64,000 nucleotides of DNA. It comes from an uncultured delta proteobacterium (GTDB lineage Bacteria; Myxococcota_A; Polyangia; Polyangiales; B10-G4). The stretch covers positions 640,001 to 704,000 of the forward strand of contig CAVSGI010000010.1 in the NCBI GenBank assembly GCA_963727445.1, given 5' to 3'. The notes under the pieces were generated by a model. That model was not told the DNA's origin and did not search any database. It was given only the letters and a program-made list of their open reading frames with translations. Shown one piece after another: positions 1 to 12,200 of this stretch (the stretch's first letter is position 1; each line of letters opens with the position of its first letter). The position numbers were made by a program, and so were the translations under genes.

Positions 1-361
1 CGCCGATGGACGCCGCACATCTCGACGGAGCGACCGATGGCGCAGCGCCCGACGCCGCGCCGTGCACGTCGTTCGGGCCGTTCGCGCCGCCACGTCCGGT
101 GACGCAGCTCAACAGCTCGGCTCTCGAAGCTTCGCCCTCGCTCACGGCGACCGGTCTCGCCCTCTACTTCAGCTCGTTCCGCGACGGAGACCAGGACATC
201 TACGTGAGCCGAAGAGAATCAGTCGCTGCGCCCTGGGGCAGCCCCACGAGGACGCCGAAGTGTCACCCGATGGCACGGAGCTCTACTTCATCTCGAAGCG
301 CGCCGGAGGTTTGGGCGACTACGACATCTGGCAGACCACACGCAGCTGCACCGCGCCGTGA
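1..361 (+). pseudogene. 3' end of an exported protein with PD40/TolB-like propeller repeats; frame break or internal deletion near 245-250
   Basis: ORF 6..632 reads CTSFGPF..LNSSALEASPSLTATGLALYFSSFRDGDQDIYVSRR..WGSP. The repeat resumes in the frame of ORF 62..361 (EDAEVSPDGTELYFISKRAGGLGDYDIWQTTR). Same repeat type as the C-terminus of 24865..26370. The 5' end lies outside the window. Confidence 0.6.
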
Positions 362-442
362 CGTGGGGAACCGCCGGCGCCGGAAGATCATCCTCTCCCA
401 CCGCGGCCCGCACATCGGGGCCGTTCCCCCCTCGCCAAAGCC

Positions 443-2023
443 TCAAACCTCCAGCCGCTCGAAAAAGCCTGCCAGCTGGGCGCGCTGCTCCGGTGGCATG
501 TACTCGAAGTTGCGGCCGCGATCGATGATCTCCCAGAAGTCCTTGGTGGTGACGCCCTCGAGCGACGATCGGATCTGTTCGAGGCGTGCGCGCGGTTCGT
601 CCGCCATATCGTCGGCGATGCGCTTCGCGTGATCGGTCTCGCCCTTCCACAGGTAGTAGGCCGCGAGCTTCACCTGTGCCTTGCGCACGCCGAGGAGCGC
701 CGACTCCTGAGACTTCGACCGCAGCGGGCGGTCGAGCTCGAGGAACTGGTCGAGCATCGCCTGGTGCGCCTCGGAGTCGAGCGAGTGCGCGATCTGACAG
801 AGCGCAGAGATGTCGTAGGCGACGGTCTCAGTGACGAACGAGAGCTTCATGTCGAAGCTGACGTGACCGTAGTAGCTCATGTGCCGCACGCCCTCGCGTC
901 CCGCGTCTGCGTGGCCGTCGCGCAGCAAAGCCTCGACGAGCTGGCGGTACTGGTTGAGTACGTTGTAGGCGGTCCGAACGTCGCGCGCGTTGAGCGTCGC
1001 GCGCAGGTAGCTGTTCATGAACCGGTAGACGAGCCCGGTGAGCTCCGCGTCGCCGGCGCGGCTCGCGGCTTCTCCGATGTAGCGCGTATCGATCGCGATG
1101 AGGTAGTTGATGTCGCGCATCGGCCCAAGAGCTTCGTTGTAGATGCCCAGGTACTGGCGCATCACCTTCCATTCGACCCAGGTGCGGCGTGACTCGAGAT
1201 CCGCGCGCGACTCGGGGTCCATCGCCACGAAGTCAGGGTTGTGCTTGAGGCTCTCCCCCAGCCGGAACCACGCGTCGGTCGCGCGCGGCTTGAGCCGGAG
1301 ATAAGCGAGCGCGAAGTCCTTGAGCCCGTCGACCGCGCCGGACGCGATGATCTTGTCCTTGCCACTGATGGAGTTGCTCGTGATGTCCGTGAGCTCCTCC
1401 ATCGCCGTGAGCACGTGCGCTTGAAGCCCGCCCACGTGGTCGTGCTCCCTGGCCTGCGTGCCGTTTGTGGCTTTGTCGATCGCGTCGCGCCGGATACGGC
1501 GGATGATGTTCATCGGCTCGAGGAACCAGAAGACGTATCCGAAATACGGCGCCATCAGCACGAGGGCGATGGTCAACATCACCATCATCGACAGGATCGC
1601 GACGCGCGGGACGAAGTCGTGATGGAGCGAAAAGGCCGTCCACACGCCCACCACGCACACGACGAGGTAGAAGCCCATGACGGTGAGGTTGACGCGGTCG
1701 CGCAGGAACATCCGCGCGACGCCGGTGTACCGCTCGGCCGAGAGCTGAACGATGATGGACACGACCGTCACCACCATCCCGAAGATCGCCGCGATGTTTC
1801 CAGACAGCGAGCTCGTCGCGTCCGTGATGGTCGACGGGTCGAGGTCGATGAACCGACTGATGGCCGTGTCGGAGTTGCCCTCGAACGGCCCCCCGAAGAG
1901 CGTGTTGTCGAGCCAGTAGAGCCCGACGAACATGAACGTCGCGGCACCCGTGAGGATCACGACCGGCACAGCCCAGCTTCCGGTGTTCCGTCGAAGGCCG
2001 TTCCTCTCGTGTCGCTCGGGCAT
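443..2023 (-). CDS. DUF2254-like integral membrane protein
   Basis: ORF 443..2164 trimmed to ATG 2023 (MPERHER). Several N-terminal TM helices with an IIVQLSAERYT motif, then a long helical soluble domain. Confidence 0.65.
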   Translation of the reverse strand: MPERHERNGLRRNTGSWAVPVVILTGAATFMFVGLYWLDNTLFGGPFEGNSDTAISRFIDLDPSTITDATSSLSGNIAAIFGMVVTVVSIIVQLSAERYTGVARMFLRDRVNLTVMGFYLVVCVVGVWTAFSLHHDFVPRVAILSMMVMLTIALVLMAPYFGYVFWFLEPMNIIRRIRRDAIDKATNGTQAREHDHVGGLQAHVLTAMEELTDITSNSISGKDKIIASGAVDGLKDFALAYLRLKPRATDAWFRLGESLKHNPDFVAMDPESRADLESRRTWVEWKVMRQYLGIYNEALGPMRDINYLIAIDTRYIGEAASRAGDAELTGLVYRFMNSYLRATLNARDVRTAYNVLNQYRQLVEALLRDGHADAGREGVRHMSYYGHVSFDMKLSFVTETVAYDISALCQIAHSLDSEAHQAMLDQFLELDRPLRSKSQESALLGVRKAQVKLAAYYLWKGETDHAKRIADDMADEPRARLEQIRSSLEGVTTKDFWEIIDRGRNFEYMPPEQRAQLAGFFERLEV

Positions 2024-2150
2024 CGCGCGCGGAGTATCGCGTGCCGAACCGGCGGATGGAAGCGGCCAAAAGTACGACGCGGAGCTGACCGCGTCCGGCT
2101 CGTCGATGGAAAGCGGAGCCCATTCGGGACGGCACCGAGAACCGAGGCGC

Positions 2151-2711
2151 TCAGTCCACGGCAAGCTTGCCGCTCTTCGCCAGCTTCGGGTCCGTGCAAG
2201 AAGCGAGGTTGAAGCAGCAGGGCCGGCGCTTTCCGCTACTCATCTTGGAGATGCTCACCTCGACGCGCCGCTCACGTGTCTCGGGATTCCTGGTCGCCCC
2301 GATCCATCGAACCCATTCCCACCGTGCCATCGGAGTGATCGCGCGCCAGAGATCTCGGACTTCCCGCGGTGCATTCGACAGGGCCTTTCGCAGGTCTGGG
2401 GGAACGCGGGGCTCTGGCCACTCCTCGGCGGGCTCGACCACCACCGTGGCCTCGTCGCCGGGACCGACACCGGCGTCTCTTTGCAGCTTCGCGTCGACCC
2501 TGATCCAGTGACCGAGCTCTCCGTCCGGTTCGATGACCGTCTCGAATGAGTGTCCGTCGAGCGTCCCACGCACGGCCACTTGACCTCTCGATGGGAGCTT
2601 CTTGCTCGAGGCGTCGGGTAGTCGGAGGATCGTCGGGCCGCTCGTCGCTCGCAACGTCGCTTCGAAACGGATAGGCGGCTTCGCCGCTTTCTTCTTTCGC
2701 GTTGCAGTCAC
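2151..2711 (-). CDS. DUF1905 + YdeI/OmpD-associated family protein
   Basis: LPSRGQVAVRGTLDG..GHW N-domain; VPPDLRKAL..W..ITPMARWEWVRWI..PETRERRV C-domain. Confidence 0.8.
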   Translation of the reverse strand: MTATRKKKAAKPPIRFEATLRATSGPTILRLPDASSKKLPSRGQVAVRGTLDGHSFETVIEPDGELGHWIRVDAKLQRDAGVGPGDEATVVVEPAEEWPEPRVPPDLRKALSNAPREVRDLWRAITPMARWEWVRWIGATRNPETRERRVEVSISKMSSGKRRPCCFNLASCTDPKLAKSGKLAVD

Positions 2712-2849
2712 GTCAGGGCGCCGCGAGCTTCACGAGAGCTCCTCGCTCTGCAGAATAGCCTCCGACGCCGAGGCCGGCCAAGCCGCTCATCGGGTCCACC
2801 ACCTCGAAAAAATCGGTCACGTTCTGCGGACTCAGCGCTACCAATCCCT

Positions 2850-3353
2850 GTGAGAACCTTCGCAGCCGCGGCTTTCTGCCTGGCCATCGCCCTGCCGGCG
2901 GCGGCCGCGGCCGATTGTCGGGCGTCGGCGACAGGGGCGATGTCGGTCGACGTCTCGCTGAGCCCGATGTCGGGGATCCTCTGTCTCCACGACGTGGTGG
3001 TGCATCGTGGGGCGGACTGCTCCGGGACGGTCGAGTGGCAGACGGTGCTCGGTTGTGACGAGACGCGACGCATGGTGGTCAGCGATGACGGGGTGCTCGT
3101 GAACCTGCGGGCTTCCCGGCCGAATCGGCGCAACTGGGAGATCGTCCGCGTCTTCGTGCGGTCGGGCCGCGATGTCGCGGTTCGTTCGATCCGCTACGAC
3201 GCGCTCCCGTCGATTCCACCCGCCCCGGCGCGTGCGCGCCTCGAGCTGGGCGCCGATGGGCTGCGCATCGGCGAGGGGCCGGCGGCGCCGCTGGTGCCGC
3301 TCGCGCGCCTCATCGCCCTCGGCCATCGGACCGGCAGCCGCCGCGCGCGCTGA
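2850..3353 (+). CDS. secreted hypothetical protein
   Basis: 167-aa ORF with an Ala-rich signal peptide (MRTFAAAAFCLAIALPAAAAA). Confidence 0.6.
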   Translation: MRTFAAAAFCLAIALPAAAAADCRASATGAMSVDVSLSPMSGILCLHDVVVHRGADCSGTVEWQTVLGCDETRRMVVSDDGVLVNLRASRPNRRNWEIVRVFVRSGRDVAVRSIRYDALPSIPPAPARARLELGADGLRIGEGPAAPLVPLARLIALGHRTGSRRAR

Positions 3354-3521
3354 CCGGCTCGTTTCAGCGCACCGCGTCCACCTCCCAGGTTGCGCAAAGG
3401 GCGTCCCAGTGACCTTCCCAGGCGAACCACGGATCCTCCACGAGAGGACGAGGCGTCCGTCGTCGAAGCGGGCGCGAAGGATCGTTTCGGGGGGCTGATC
3501 CCACGAAAGAGGTCGCGAGCG

Positions 3522-5199
3522 TCAGAGGCCGGAGGTGCCGGGTGTCGGCACCGGGAGCGTCGTCGCTTGGAGGTTTGCTCCGTTGTCGTAGTAGTCGACA
3601 GTGGCGGAGAGGCGCGTGAGGTCGTACCCGTCCACCTGGACGCACGCCCCGACCGGGCATCCGCTCACCTCGCCCATGTCGAGGTCGACGCGTCCATCGG
3701 TCGCGAGCTGGAGCCCGCAGAGCGCCGCGTCGCGAATGGCGAACCGCTCGGCTCGGAGCTGCGCACCCATGTAGGCGCCCACGCCGATGCCGGCGGGTGC
3801 ATCGGGGCAATTCGTGGTGGCACATTCGCGCTCGCGCGTCGACAGGACGCGCGTGTCCACGAGCTCGATCTGGGTGCCGGAGCCGAAGCCGACGACCGCG
3901 ACGTCCCGGTTGTCCGTGATGAGCGCTCTCTCGAGGTGGGCGCGCGCGCTGCGGTCCACCGCGAGGGCCCGGCCGTAGCGAAGGTCGCCGCTGGTGCTCC
4001 GGGTCTCGGTGATGACGGCGTCCTGGAGGAGGAGCTCGCCGGTACCGTTTCCCACCGTGACCGCCTGCTCGGTCGCCCGTTCTATCCACACCCGGGTCGC
4101 GTTCAGGTTGGTGCCCTCGGCGAAGACGGCGCGTCCGATGGCGCCGAAGGTCGGGTCGGGGCCCACGTCTCGTATCACCGCGTCGGTGAGGGTCATTCGG
4201 CCGTTCTGAGCAAGCATGGCGGCGCCGTTCGCGTTCTCGATCACGATCCGTTCAACGGTCAGCTCACAACCCACGCAGATGAGGCCCGCGTTCGTCGTGG
4301 AGCTGATGACCACGTCTCGCAGGGCTCCCATGGAGCCACTGGAGCCGAAGGTCCCGACCCAGATCCCCCCGGTGGACTCGCGGACCGCGACGCGGTCGAG
4401 GTCGAGCTCGCCGGCCCCCTCGAGTCGGATGCCTGTTCCGGAGTCGCTCGGCAGCCCCGCCAGCGCCACGTCGCGAATCGACACGTCGGTGCCCGAGAGC
4501 CGAGCGCTCCCGCGCAGCACGATGCCGGCGTCGTCGACCGAGGAGATGACGACGTGCTCCAGAGCCGCGCTCCCGCCGTCGTCGATGACCACGCCGCGGG
4601 TGGGTCCGGGAGATCGTGAGGTCCTGGAGCCGAACGCCGGAGCCGGTGACCATCACGACCGCGGATGCCGCCGGATCGTCAGGGGCAGACAACGTCACGC
4701 CGGAAGCACAGGCTCCTCGGATCGTGACGTCCGGGCCGAGCTCGATCGCCTCGGAGTATGCGCCGACGCCCACCGCGATCGTCTCCCCCGGGGCCACTGC
4801 GGTCAGCGCGTCGGTGATGGTGGCGAATGGCAGGGTGGAGGAACCGTCTCCCCCCGGAGCCGCGTCAGCGCTGACGAAGACCACACCTTCGGCGGGAAGG
4901 CTCGCGAAAACCCCATCGCTGGGACAGGCGGATCCAATCCGGGAGCAACCAGGCTCGCCGGGGAAATGCGCCTCGTTCGAGCCGCACTCGAGGCGGCCTT
5001 CCTCGGGCCAGGGATCGCATCGAGCCAGCTCTGGAAACGCCGCCGCCACCGTCTCACGCCAACCGGATGGGCACGGCGTCAGCACGGGCAGGGCGATGGT
5101 AGCGGTCCCCGCATCATCGTCGACCGGCGGATCCCCGCCACAAGCGACACACCCGAGTACCGCGAGGAGTGGCAGCGAGCTCTCAGCGAATCTCCACAC
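3522..5199 (-). CDS. Lipoprotein with Cys-rich N-region and right-handed parallel beta-helix repeats; frameshifted at ~4608-4610
   Basis: N-half in ORF 4264..5355 (lipobox VAC, EAHFPGEPGC, GGDGS..PFATI) and C-half in ORF 3522..4592. Removing one base from the GGG at 4608-4610 gives ..LTISGPTRGVVIDD.. Colinear paralog of the intact 20286..22385. Confidence 0.75.
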
Positions 5200-6080
5200 C
5201 GGCAGCTCCGATTCGAGCATCGAACCGCCACGCGTTGCAAGTGTCGGGCGTGCAATCGCCCATCCGGCAGCCATCGGCGTCGCAGATGGAGTCGGGGGGG
5301 TACGTCCAGGTGTCCGGTGGCGTGGTGCAATCCGCGCTGGCGAAGAATCTCGCACCCGGTCACGCCAACGACGGGGAAGCTACCCTCGATGGTGGAGTCC
5401 AGCAGGACGAAGCTGGTGACACGACCTCGCCCCAGCACGCGGCTGCTCAGCGTGTCGTATTCGCCGACGCACGTGCGATCGTGGCTCAGCTCGACGCCGA
5501 TGAACGTCAACTCGGCGAGCACCAGCTCCACGGGAGTCGATCCGTCCGTGTCGTGGATGGGCACGACGAAAGGCACGGGAGCGGGCTCGCTCGTCAAGAG
5601 CTCACCTTCGATCGTACCCGTCGTGGTGAACGGATCCCAACGCGCCGGGTCATCGGGGCCCGGCGCGTCGCCCGCGTGCCACGCGTAGTACGACTCGTCG
5701 CTGCCTCGCGCGAGAGTTCCGATTCGGATCGTGACGGGTCCATCGGTGCCGGTACCCTGGATCTCGAACCCGACCATGAGCGCGTCCAGGCGTAGGGCTT
5801 GGGTGAACCCGTACGCGACCGCCGCGTTCGTGAGCGCGAGGGGCAGAGTGTTGTCGAAGTCGACGACTTTGAGCTGAGCTGAGGCCAGGCGATCTTCGTT
5901 ACTGCGGGCGTAGCAGCAGGGCAACGACAAGGTCGACTCCCAGCAGGGATTGGGCATCCCCGAATCCACGGTGCCCGTGTCCGTGAGTGGGGAGGAATCG
6001 GGAGCCGTCGACGTCTCGCCGCACCCGAACACCGAGGAAAGGCTGGTTGCGAGCATCGCGAGGCAAACCACGGGGCGCAC
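5183..6080 (-). CDS. Cys-rich lipoprotein, hypothetical; frameshifted at ~5349
   Basis: Lipobox VFGC. After ..GVTGCE the natural-looking C-terminus continues in another frame (FFASADCTTPPDTWTYPPDSICDADGCRMGDCTPDTCNAWRFDARIGAAGVEIR*) with its stop at 5183-5185. Confidence 0.6.
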
Positions 6081-6213
6081 ATCGGAACGATAGCATCGGT
6101 CGGCTCCCGGTCAGGCCCCACTCTTCGCACGAGAGTGCCCGAACGCATGGCAGGCGTGAGACTCTTCCGAGCTGAGCATTCGGCTTTTCCGCCGACAGAG
6201 ACGGGTTTGGACC

Positions 6214-9200
6214 GTGGACATAGCCATCATCGGTATTGGGTGTCGCTACCCAGGCGGCGTCGATTCGCCCGCGTCGTTCTGGCGCCTCTTGAGATCGGGC
6301 GTGGACGCCATCACCGAGATCCCGGACGACCGGTGGAGTCAGTCCACGCAGTTCGACCCTGACAAGCCACCCGGAACCAGCAACAGCCGCTGGGGCGGGT
6401 TCCTCGACGATGTGAGTGGGTTCGACCCGTCGTTCTTCGGTATCTCGCCCCGAGAAGCCGCGGCCATGGATCCGCAGCAGCGCCTCCTCCTGGAGCTCGC
6501 CTGGGAGGCGATGGAAGATGCCGGCGTCCCGCCGGGCACGCTCCGGGGCACGCCGTGCGGGGTGTTCGTGGGCCAGTCGAGCTTCGACTACGCCGAGATT
6601 CAGAAGGCGCCGAGCAACCGGCACCTCATCGACGCCTACACCAACCTCGGCACCGCCGGGAGCATCGCGGCCAACCGGATCTCGTACATCTTCGATCTCA
6701 AGGGGCCGAGCATGACGATCGACACGGCGTGCTCGTCGTCGCTCGTCGCCACCGACGTCGCTTGTCGCTACCTCCGGGACGGAGTCATCGACCACGCGCT
6801 CATCGGCGGGATCAACCTCATCTTGAAGTCCGAGACGACGATCGGTTTCGCCCAGGCGTCGATGCTCTCCCCCGACGGGCGCTGCTTCGCCTTCGACGCC
6901 CGCGCCAACGGCTACGTCCGCTCCGACGGCGCCGGCGTGGTGCTGCTCAAGCCTCTGGCGCATGCGCTACGGGACGAGGATCGGGTCTACGCCGTCATCA
7001 AGGCCACGGTGAGTAATCAAGACGGTCACACCCGTGGCATCACGGTGCCCAGCCAGAGTGCCCAGGTCGCGGCGATCGAAAGCGCCCTCGCGCAGGCTGG
7101 CCTCGCCCCCCACGAGGTTCAGTACGTCGAAGCTCACGGTACCGGGACGCCCGTGGGCGATCCGATCGAGGTCCGTGCGCTGAGTGCCGCGCTCGGAGGC
7201 GATCGCGCGCGCCCGCTCCTGGTGGGCTCGGTCAAGACCAACATAGGCCACCTCGAGTCGGGCGCAGGCGTGGCTGGTCTCGTGAAGGCTGCGTTGGCGC
7301 TTCATCACGGCACCATTCCGCCGAGCCTCCACGTCGAACGTCCGAATCCCGCCATCGACTTCGAGTTGCTCGGCGTCGAGGTGGTGACCTCGCCCACACC
7401 GTGGCCCGAGGGACCGCGATACGCCGGGCTGAACAGCTTCGGCTTCGGCGGTGCGAACGCGCACGTCATCCTCGGGGACGCCCCGCCCGCGCCAGCGAGG
7501 AGCACACCTCACCCAGGCCCGCATTTATTGACCGTCTCCGGTCGTAGCGAGGCCGGCTTGAGAGCCCGCCTGGCGCAGCTCACAGAGTGCCTCGAACACG
7601 ACGCCATTCCGCTCGCCGACCTCTGTCATACGGCGAGCGCTCGGCGAGACCACCACCCATACCGTCGCGGTGTCGTGGGGGCCGATCGCGCATCGCTGAC
7701 GGCCGCGATCTCGCACGCGATGGATCAACCCGTTGCACCGGTGCCGGCGGCTCGGCCTCAGGTCGCCTTCGTCTACACGGGGATGGGGCCGCAGTGGTTT
7801 GGGATGGGCCGCGAGCTCTCGGCGTCGTCCGATGTCTTTCGCGACGCGATGGTGCGTTGTGACGCGTTGTTTGCCGGGCTCGAGCACGGCGTCTCGGTCC
7901 TGGAAGTGCTGGCGGCTGACGAGGAGGCCTCGCTCATCGATCGAACCGAGCACGCCCAACCAGCCATCTTCTCCATTCAAGTTGCCCTGACGGAGCTCTG
8001 GCGGCGTTGGGGGCTGCGACCCGACCTGATCATCGGACACAGCATCGGCGAAGCAGCGGCTGCATGGGCTGCAGGCGCCTTGACGCTCGAGCAGGCCGCT
8101 TTGGTCATCCATCATCGCAGTCGCTTGCAGGCCGAAACCGCCGGCTCCGGCACGATGCTCGCGGTGGGACTGTCGGCGACCGCGGTGACGCACTTTCTCC
8201 GCGGCCTCGAAGATCGCGTCGCCATCGCCGCCATCAACAGCGGCGACTCCGTGACCCTGGCCGGCGAGCACGACGCTTTGGAGCAGATCGCGGAGGCCCT
8301 CGACAGGGTCGGCGCTTTCCAGCGCCGACTGTCGGTCGAGGTTCCCTACCACAGCCCGCAGATGGCACCGGTGGCGAAGCACCTCGCTTCCGCCTTGAGC
8401 ACGCTCGTGCCCGTGCCTGCATCGGTGTCCATGTTCTCGACCGCCTCGGGGACATGGGTCGGCGAGCGCCTCCTCGACGGGGCCTATTGGGCGAGCAACG
8501 TCGAGAACCCCGTCCGGTTCAAAGACGGCATCCATGCGCTCGTGAGCCGCGGTGCGGCTGCATTCCTCCAGGTCGGCCCCCACCCCGTTCTGTCGAATGC
8601 CTTGATGTCCGAGGCCCCGGACCGACCCGCGCTCGCCTCGCTGCGCCGGAACGCTCCGGAACATCAGACCCTCCTGACGGCTGCTGCGCGCCTCTACGAG
8701 CTCGGCCTGTCCTTCGACTGGGCCGAGATCAATGCCGGCAAGCGCGTCGACCTGCCGAGCTATCCCTTTCAACGGCAGCCCTTCTGGCGGGAGGACCAGC
8801 GCTCGGAGGAGACGCGCATCGGCGCCGCGCGTCACCCGATGATCGGCCGGCGGACCATGGCGCCCGCACCCCGATGGAATCCGACGATCGACACGCGTCG
8901 TCTCCCCTGGGTCGCCGACCACGTCCTGCAGGGCTCGGTGGTCTTCCCCGGCACGGGATACGTGGAGATGGCGCTCGCCGCCGGCAGCGAGCTCTTCGGG
9001 GGCCTCCCGGGAGGCCTCGACGACGTGCGCTTCGAGCAGGCGTTCTTCGTGCAGCGAGACACCCGTCACGCTCTCGAGCTCCAGGTCGACCCGGCCTCGA
9101 AGCAATGGGAGGTCTTCGGACGCGGCCCCGAAAATCACTGGATCCGCCACGCGAGTGGGTGGCTGCATCGCGACCGCTCCTCCGTGCCGGTGATCGACGC

Positions 9201-12200
9201 AGCGGCACTTCGGCAATCCTGTCCGATCCGACTCGACCACCAGGCCTGCTACGCGCGCTTCGAGAGACTCGGCTTCTCCTACGGGGACTCATTCCGTGGC
9301 ATTCGGGCTTTGCACGTGGGTCCGCGGCGGGCCTTCGCCGAGATCGAGGTCCCAGCATCGCTCTCGAAGGTGGAGGCCTACTCGTTTCATCCGGCCGTGC
9401 TCGACGCGTGTTTACAGCTCCTCGCCGGCGCGGCGCCGGAGCTCCACGGCCTGGCCGTGCCGGTGGCCATTCGGCGCATGCGGGTGCACGGGACCCTGAC
9501 GCGACGCATCCAGTGCTTCCTCCAGCTCCACGCCGGGCACGGTCAGGATCTGGTGGGTGACCTTCTGGCCTTCGATGAAGAGGGCCGGCTCCTCATCGAG
9601 ATGGAGGACCTCACCGCACGCTGCACGGAACTGTCGCGGCCAGCGACGGTCGCCGACTTCGACCCACTGCTCTATTCCCCGCGCTGGGTGAATGCGCCGC
9701 TCGATGGCAAGCACGATGCCTCGTGGATCCCGCGATTGGACCAGCTCGCCGCAGCTGGAGGAAAGGCGCCACGGTGGCAGGTTCGGCGCGTCGACATCGG
9801 GGACGGCGAAGCAGAGCTCGAAGCGCTGGCCACGGACTACATCGTGTCCGCACTCAGGAACCTGGGATGGCAGCCGGCGCTCGCCGATCGCTTCACGGCG
9901 ACAGAGCTCGGTCGCTCCCTCGGGGTGGATCCGCAGCACGATGCGCTCTTGGCACGCTACCTCGGCTTTCTCGTCGTGGACGGCGTGCTCGGCCTCGAAG
10001 CCGGGTCCTACGAGGTGCGGCGCGATCCGGGGCGACCCGAACCGAGCGCCACCTGGCGAGAGCTCTACTTTCGCTACCCTGCCTCGCAGGCCGAGCTTCG
10101 GCTGCTCCGCCGGTGCGGGTCCCACCTGGCCGACGCACTGGCTGGGAAGATGAGCGGCGTCGAGTTGATCTTCGTCGACGGCTCGTCGAGCCTGTTGGAG
10201 CACCTCTACCAACACGCACCTTCGGTCGCTTCTGCAGCGGCCGCCGTGCAGTCGGTGATCGAGGCGCTCGACGCGGCTCGGCCCGTCGGCCGGCCCCTGC
10301 GGATTCTCGAGGTCGGCGCTGGAACCGGGGGCCTCACGGCCGCGATGGTTCGTGCCCTGCCGGATCGCGAGGTCGACTACTGCTTCACCGACGTCTCGCC
10401 TCTGTTCTTGCAGCGCGCGAAGGAGCGGTTCCAAGACCTCCCGTTCCTTCGCTTCGAGATCTTCGACCTCGAGCAGCCCGCGCAAGAACGAGGCTTGGCC
10501 CCCGGGTCCTTCGACGTGATCCTCGGTCTGGACGTGCTGCACGTCATGTCCCGACTCGACCGCGCACTCGAGGCGATCGGCGAGCTCTTGGCTCCCGATG
10601 GCGTCTTCGTGCTGGCGGAATTGGTGGAGCGCTACCGGACCAGTGAGCTGTTCTTCGGAATGCTGCCAGGCTGGTGGAGCTTTCAGGGCGACCCACGCCG
10701 CGACGATCACGCACTCTTGTCACCATCTGATTGGAAGTCGCTTCTGCAGGAGCACGGCTTTCGCGAGGTCGTCCGGACGGCCGCGCCCGACCCGTCGGCG
10801 CGCGCGGTCTTCCTGGCCCGGCGCCCTCGGATCTCGGCGAGCAGCGAGCCGCGGAAAGAAGAGTCCGCGGCGGCGCCGACGACGGGCCAGCGTTGGGTCG
10901 TGTTCGAGGACGCCGGGGGCGTGGGCGCGGCCATGACCGAACGCCTTCGAACGACGGGGGCCGAGGTGATCACGCTACGAGAGGCCGACGCCCCGGACGA
11001 GGCGCATCTGGCGCGAATCCTCGGGGGCTCGCTCCACGGCGTGCTCCATCTGTGGAACCTCGATGTCCCGGACGGCAAAGAGGCCATCGCGCACGCCGAG
11101 AGCCACGGCACGTTCTCGATCGCGCGCCTCGCCCAGGCGATCCCCGAAAAGGGCCGCGCCGGGTCCCATCCACTCGTCATCGTCACGCGGCAGGCATGGG
11201 CCGTCGATGGGCCGTCGAGCGAGCCCGCCGCGGCCCTGGCGTGGGGCCTCGGTCGCTCGCTTCGAAACGAGCGCGTCGACCTCGACCTGCGCTTGTTGGA
11301 CATCGACGACGAGGCGGACGTCGACGCTCTGTGGACGGAGATCCGCGGAGGCGTGGACGACGAAGTTGCGCTGCGAGGCTCGAGACGCTTCGTTCGGCGG
11401 CTGAACCCCACCGCGCTCCGCGACCTCCAACGAGAAGCGCCGCCACGGGATTGCCGCATGGTGCTGACGGTGCCAGGTCTCGTGGAGTCGCTCTCGCTCT
11501 TCGAAGTCTCGGACGACCCGCTCCCCGAGGGGTGGGTATCGGTCGACGTCGCATCCACGTCGCTCAACTTCAAGGACGTGACCCGCGCGGTCGGCCTCCT
11601 CGCGGAGTCCCGCGAGAGGGCCGCCTCGGCGTCCGAGCTGGGCCAGGAGTCCGCTGGTGTAGTGCGTCGCGTCGGTCCGGGAGTCGACGGAGTCGAAGTG
11701 GGAGACCGGGTCCTGGCATTGGTCGGCGGAGGCCTCGGTTCCGTCGTGCGTTGCCCCGCGGCGCTCGTCGCCAAGCTCCCCGACGACGTCACCTTCGACG
11801 AAGCTGCGGCTATTGGCATGGTCTTCCTGACCGCGTACCACGCTCTCTTGAATCTGGCGCGCTTGCGGCCCGACGAGACGGTGCTGGTTCATTCGGGAAC
11901 GGGTGGTGTGGGTCTGTCGGTCATCCAGCTCGCGCACTCCATCGGCGCGCGCGTGATGGCGACGGCGGGCTCGGCGGAAAAGCGCGAGATGCTCTTGGCG
12001 CTCGGCGCCGAACGTGTCGGAGACTCGCGTTCGCTGGCCTTCGTCGACGACGCGCGCGCGTGGACCGATGGGCGGGGCGTGGACGTCGTCGTCAACAGCC
12101 TGGCGGGCGACGCCCTGCACGCGAGCCTGAATGCGCTCGCGCCCTACGGACGATTCGTCGAGCTCGGCCGGCGCGACATGGAAGAAGGTGGGCGCCTCGA

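Noticed and set aside
365..429. GGGGAAC...GTTCCCC inverted repeat between convergent genes
   Set aside because: Only 7 bp with a long loop and seen once; too weak to call a MITE or terminator.
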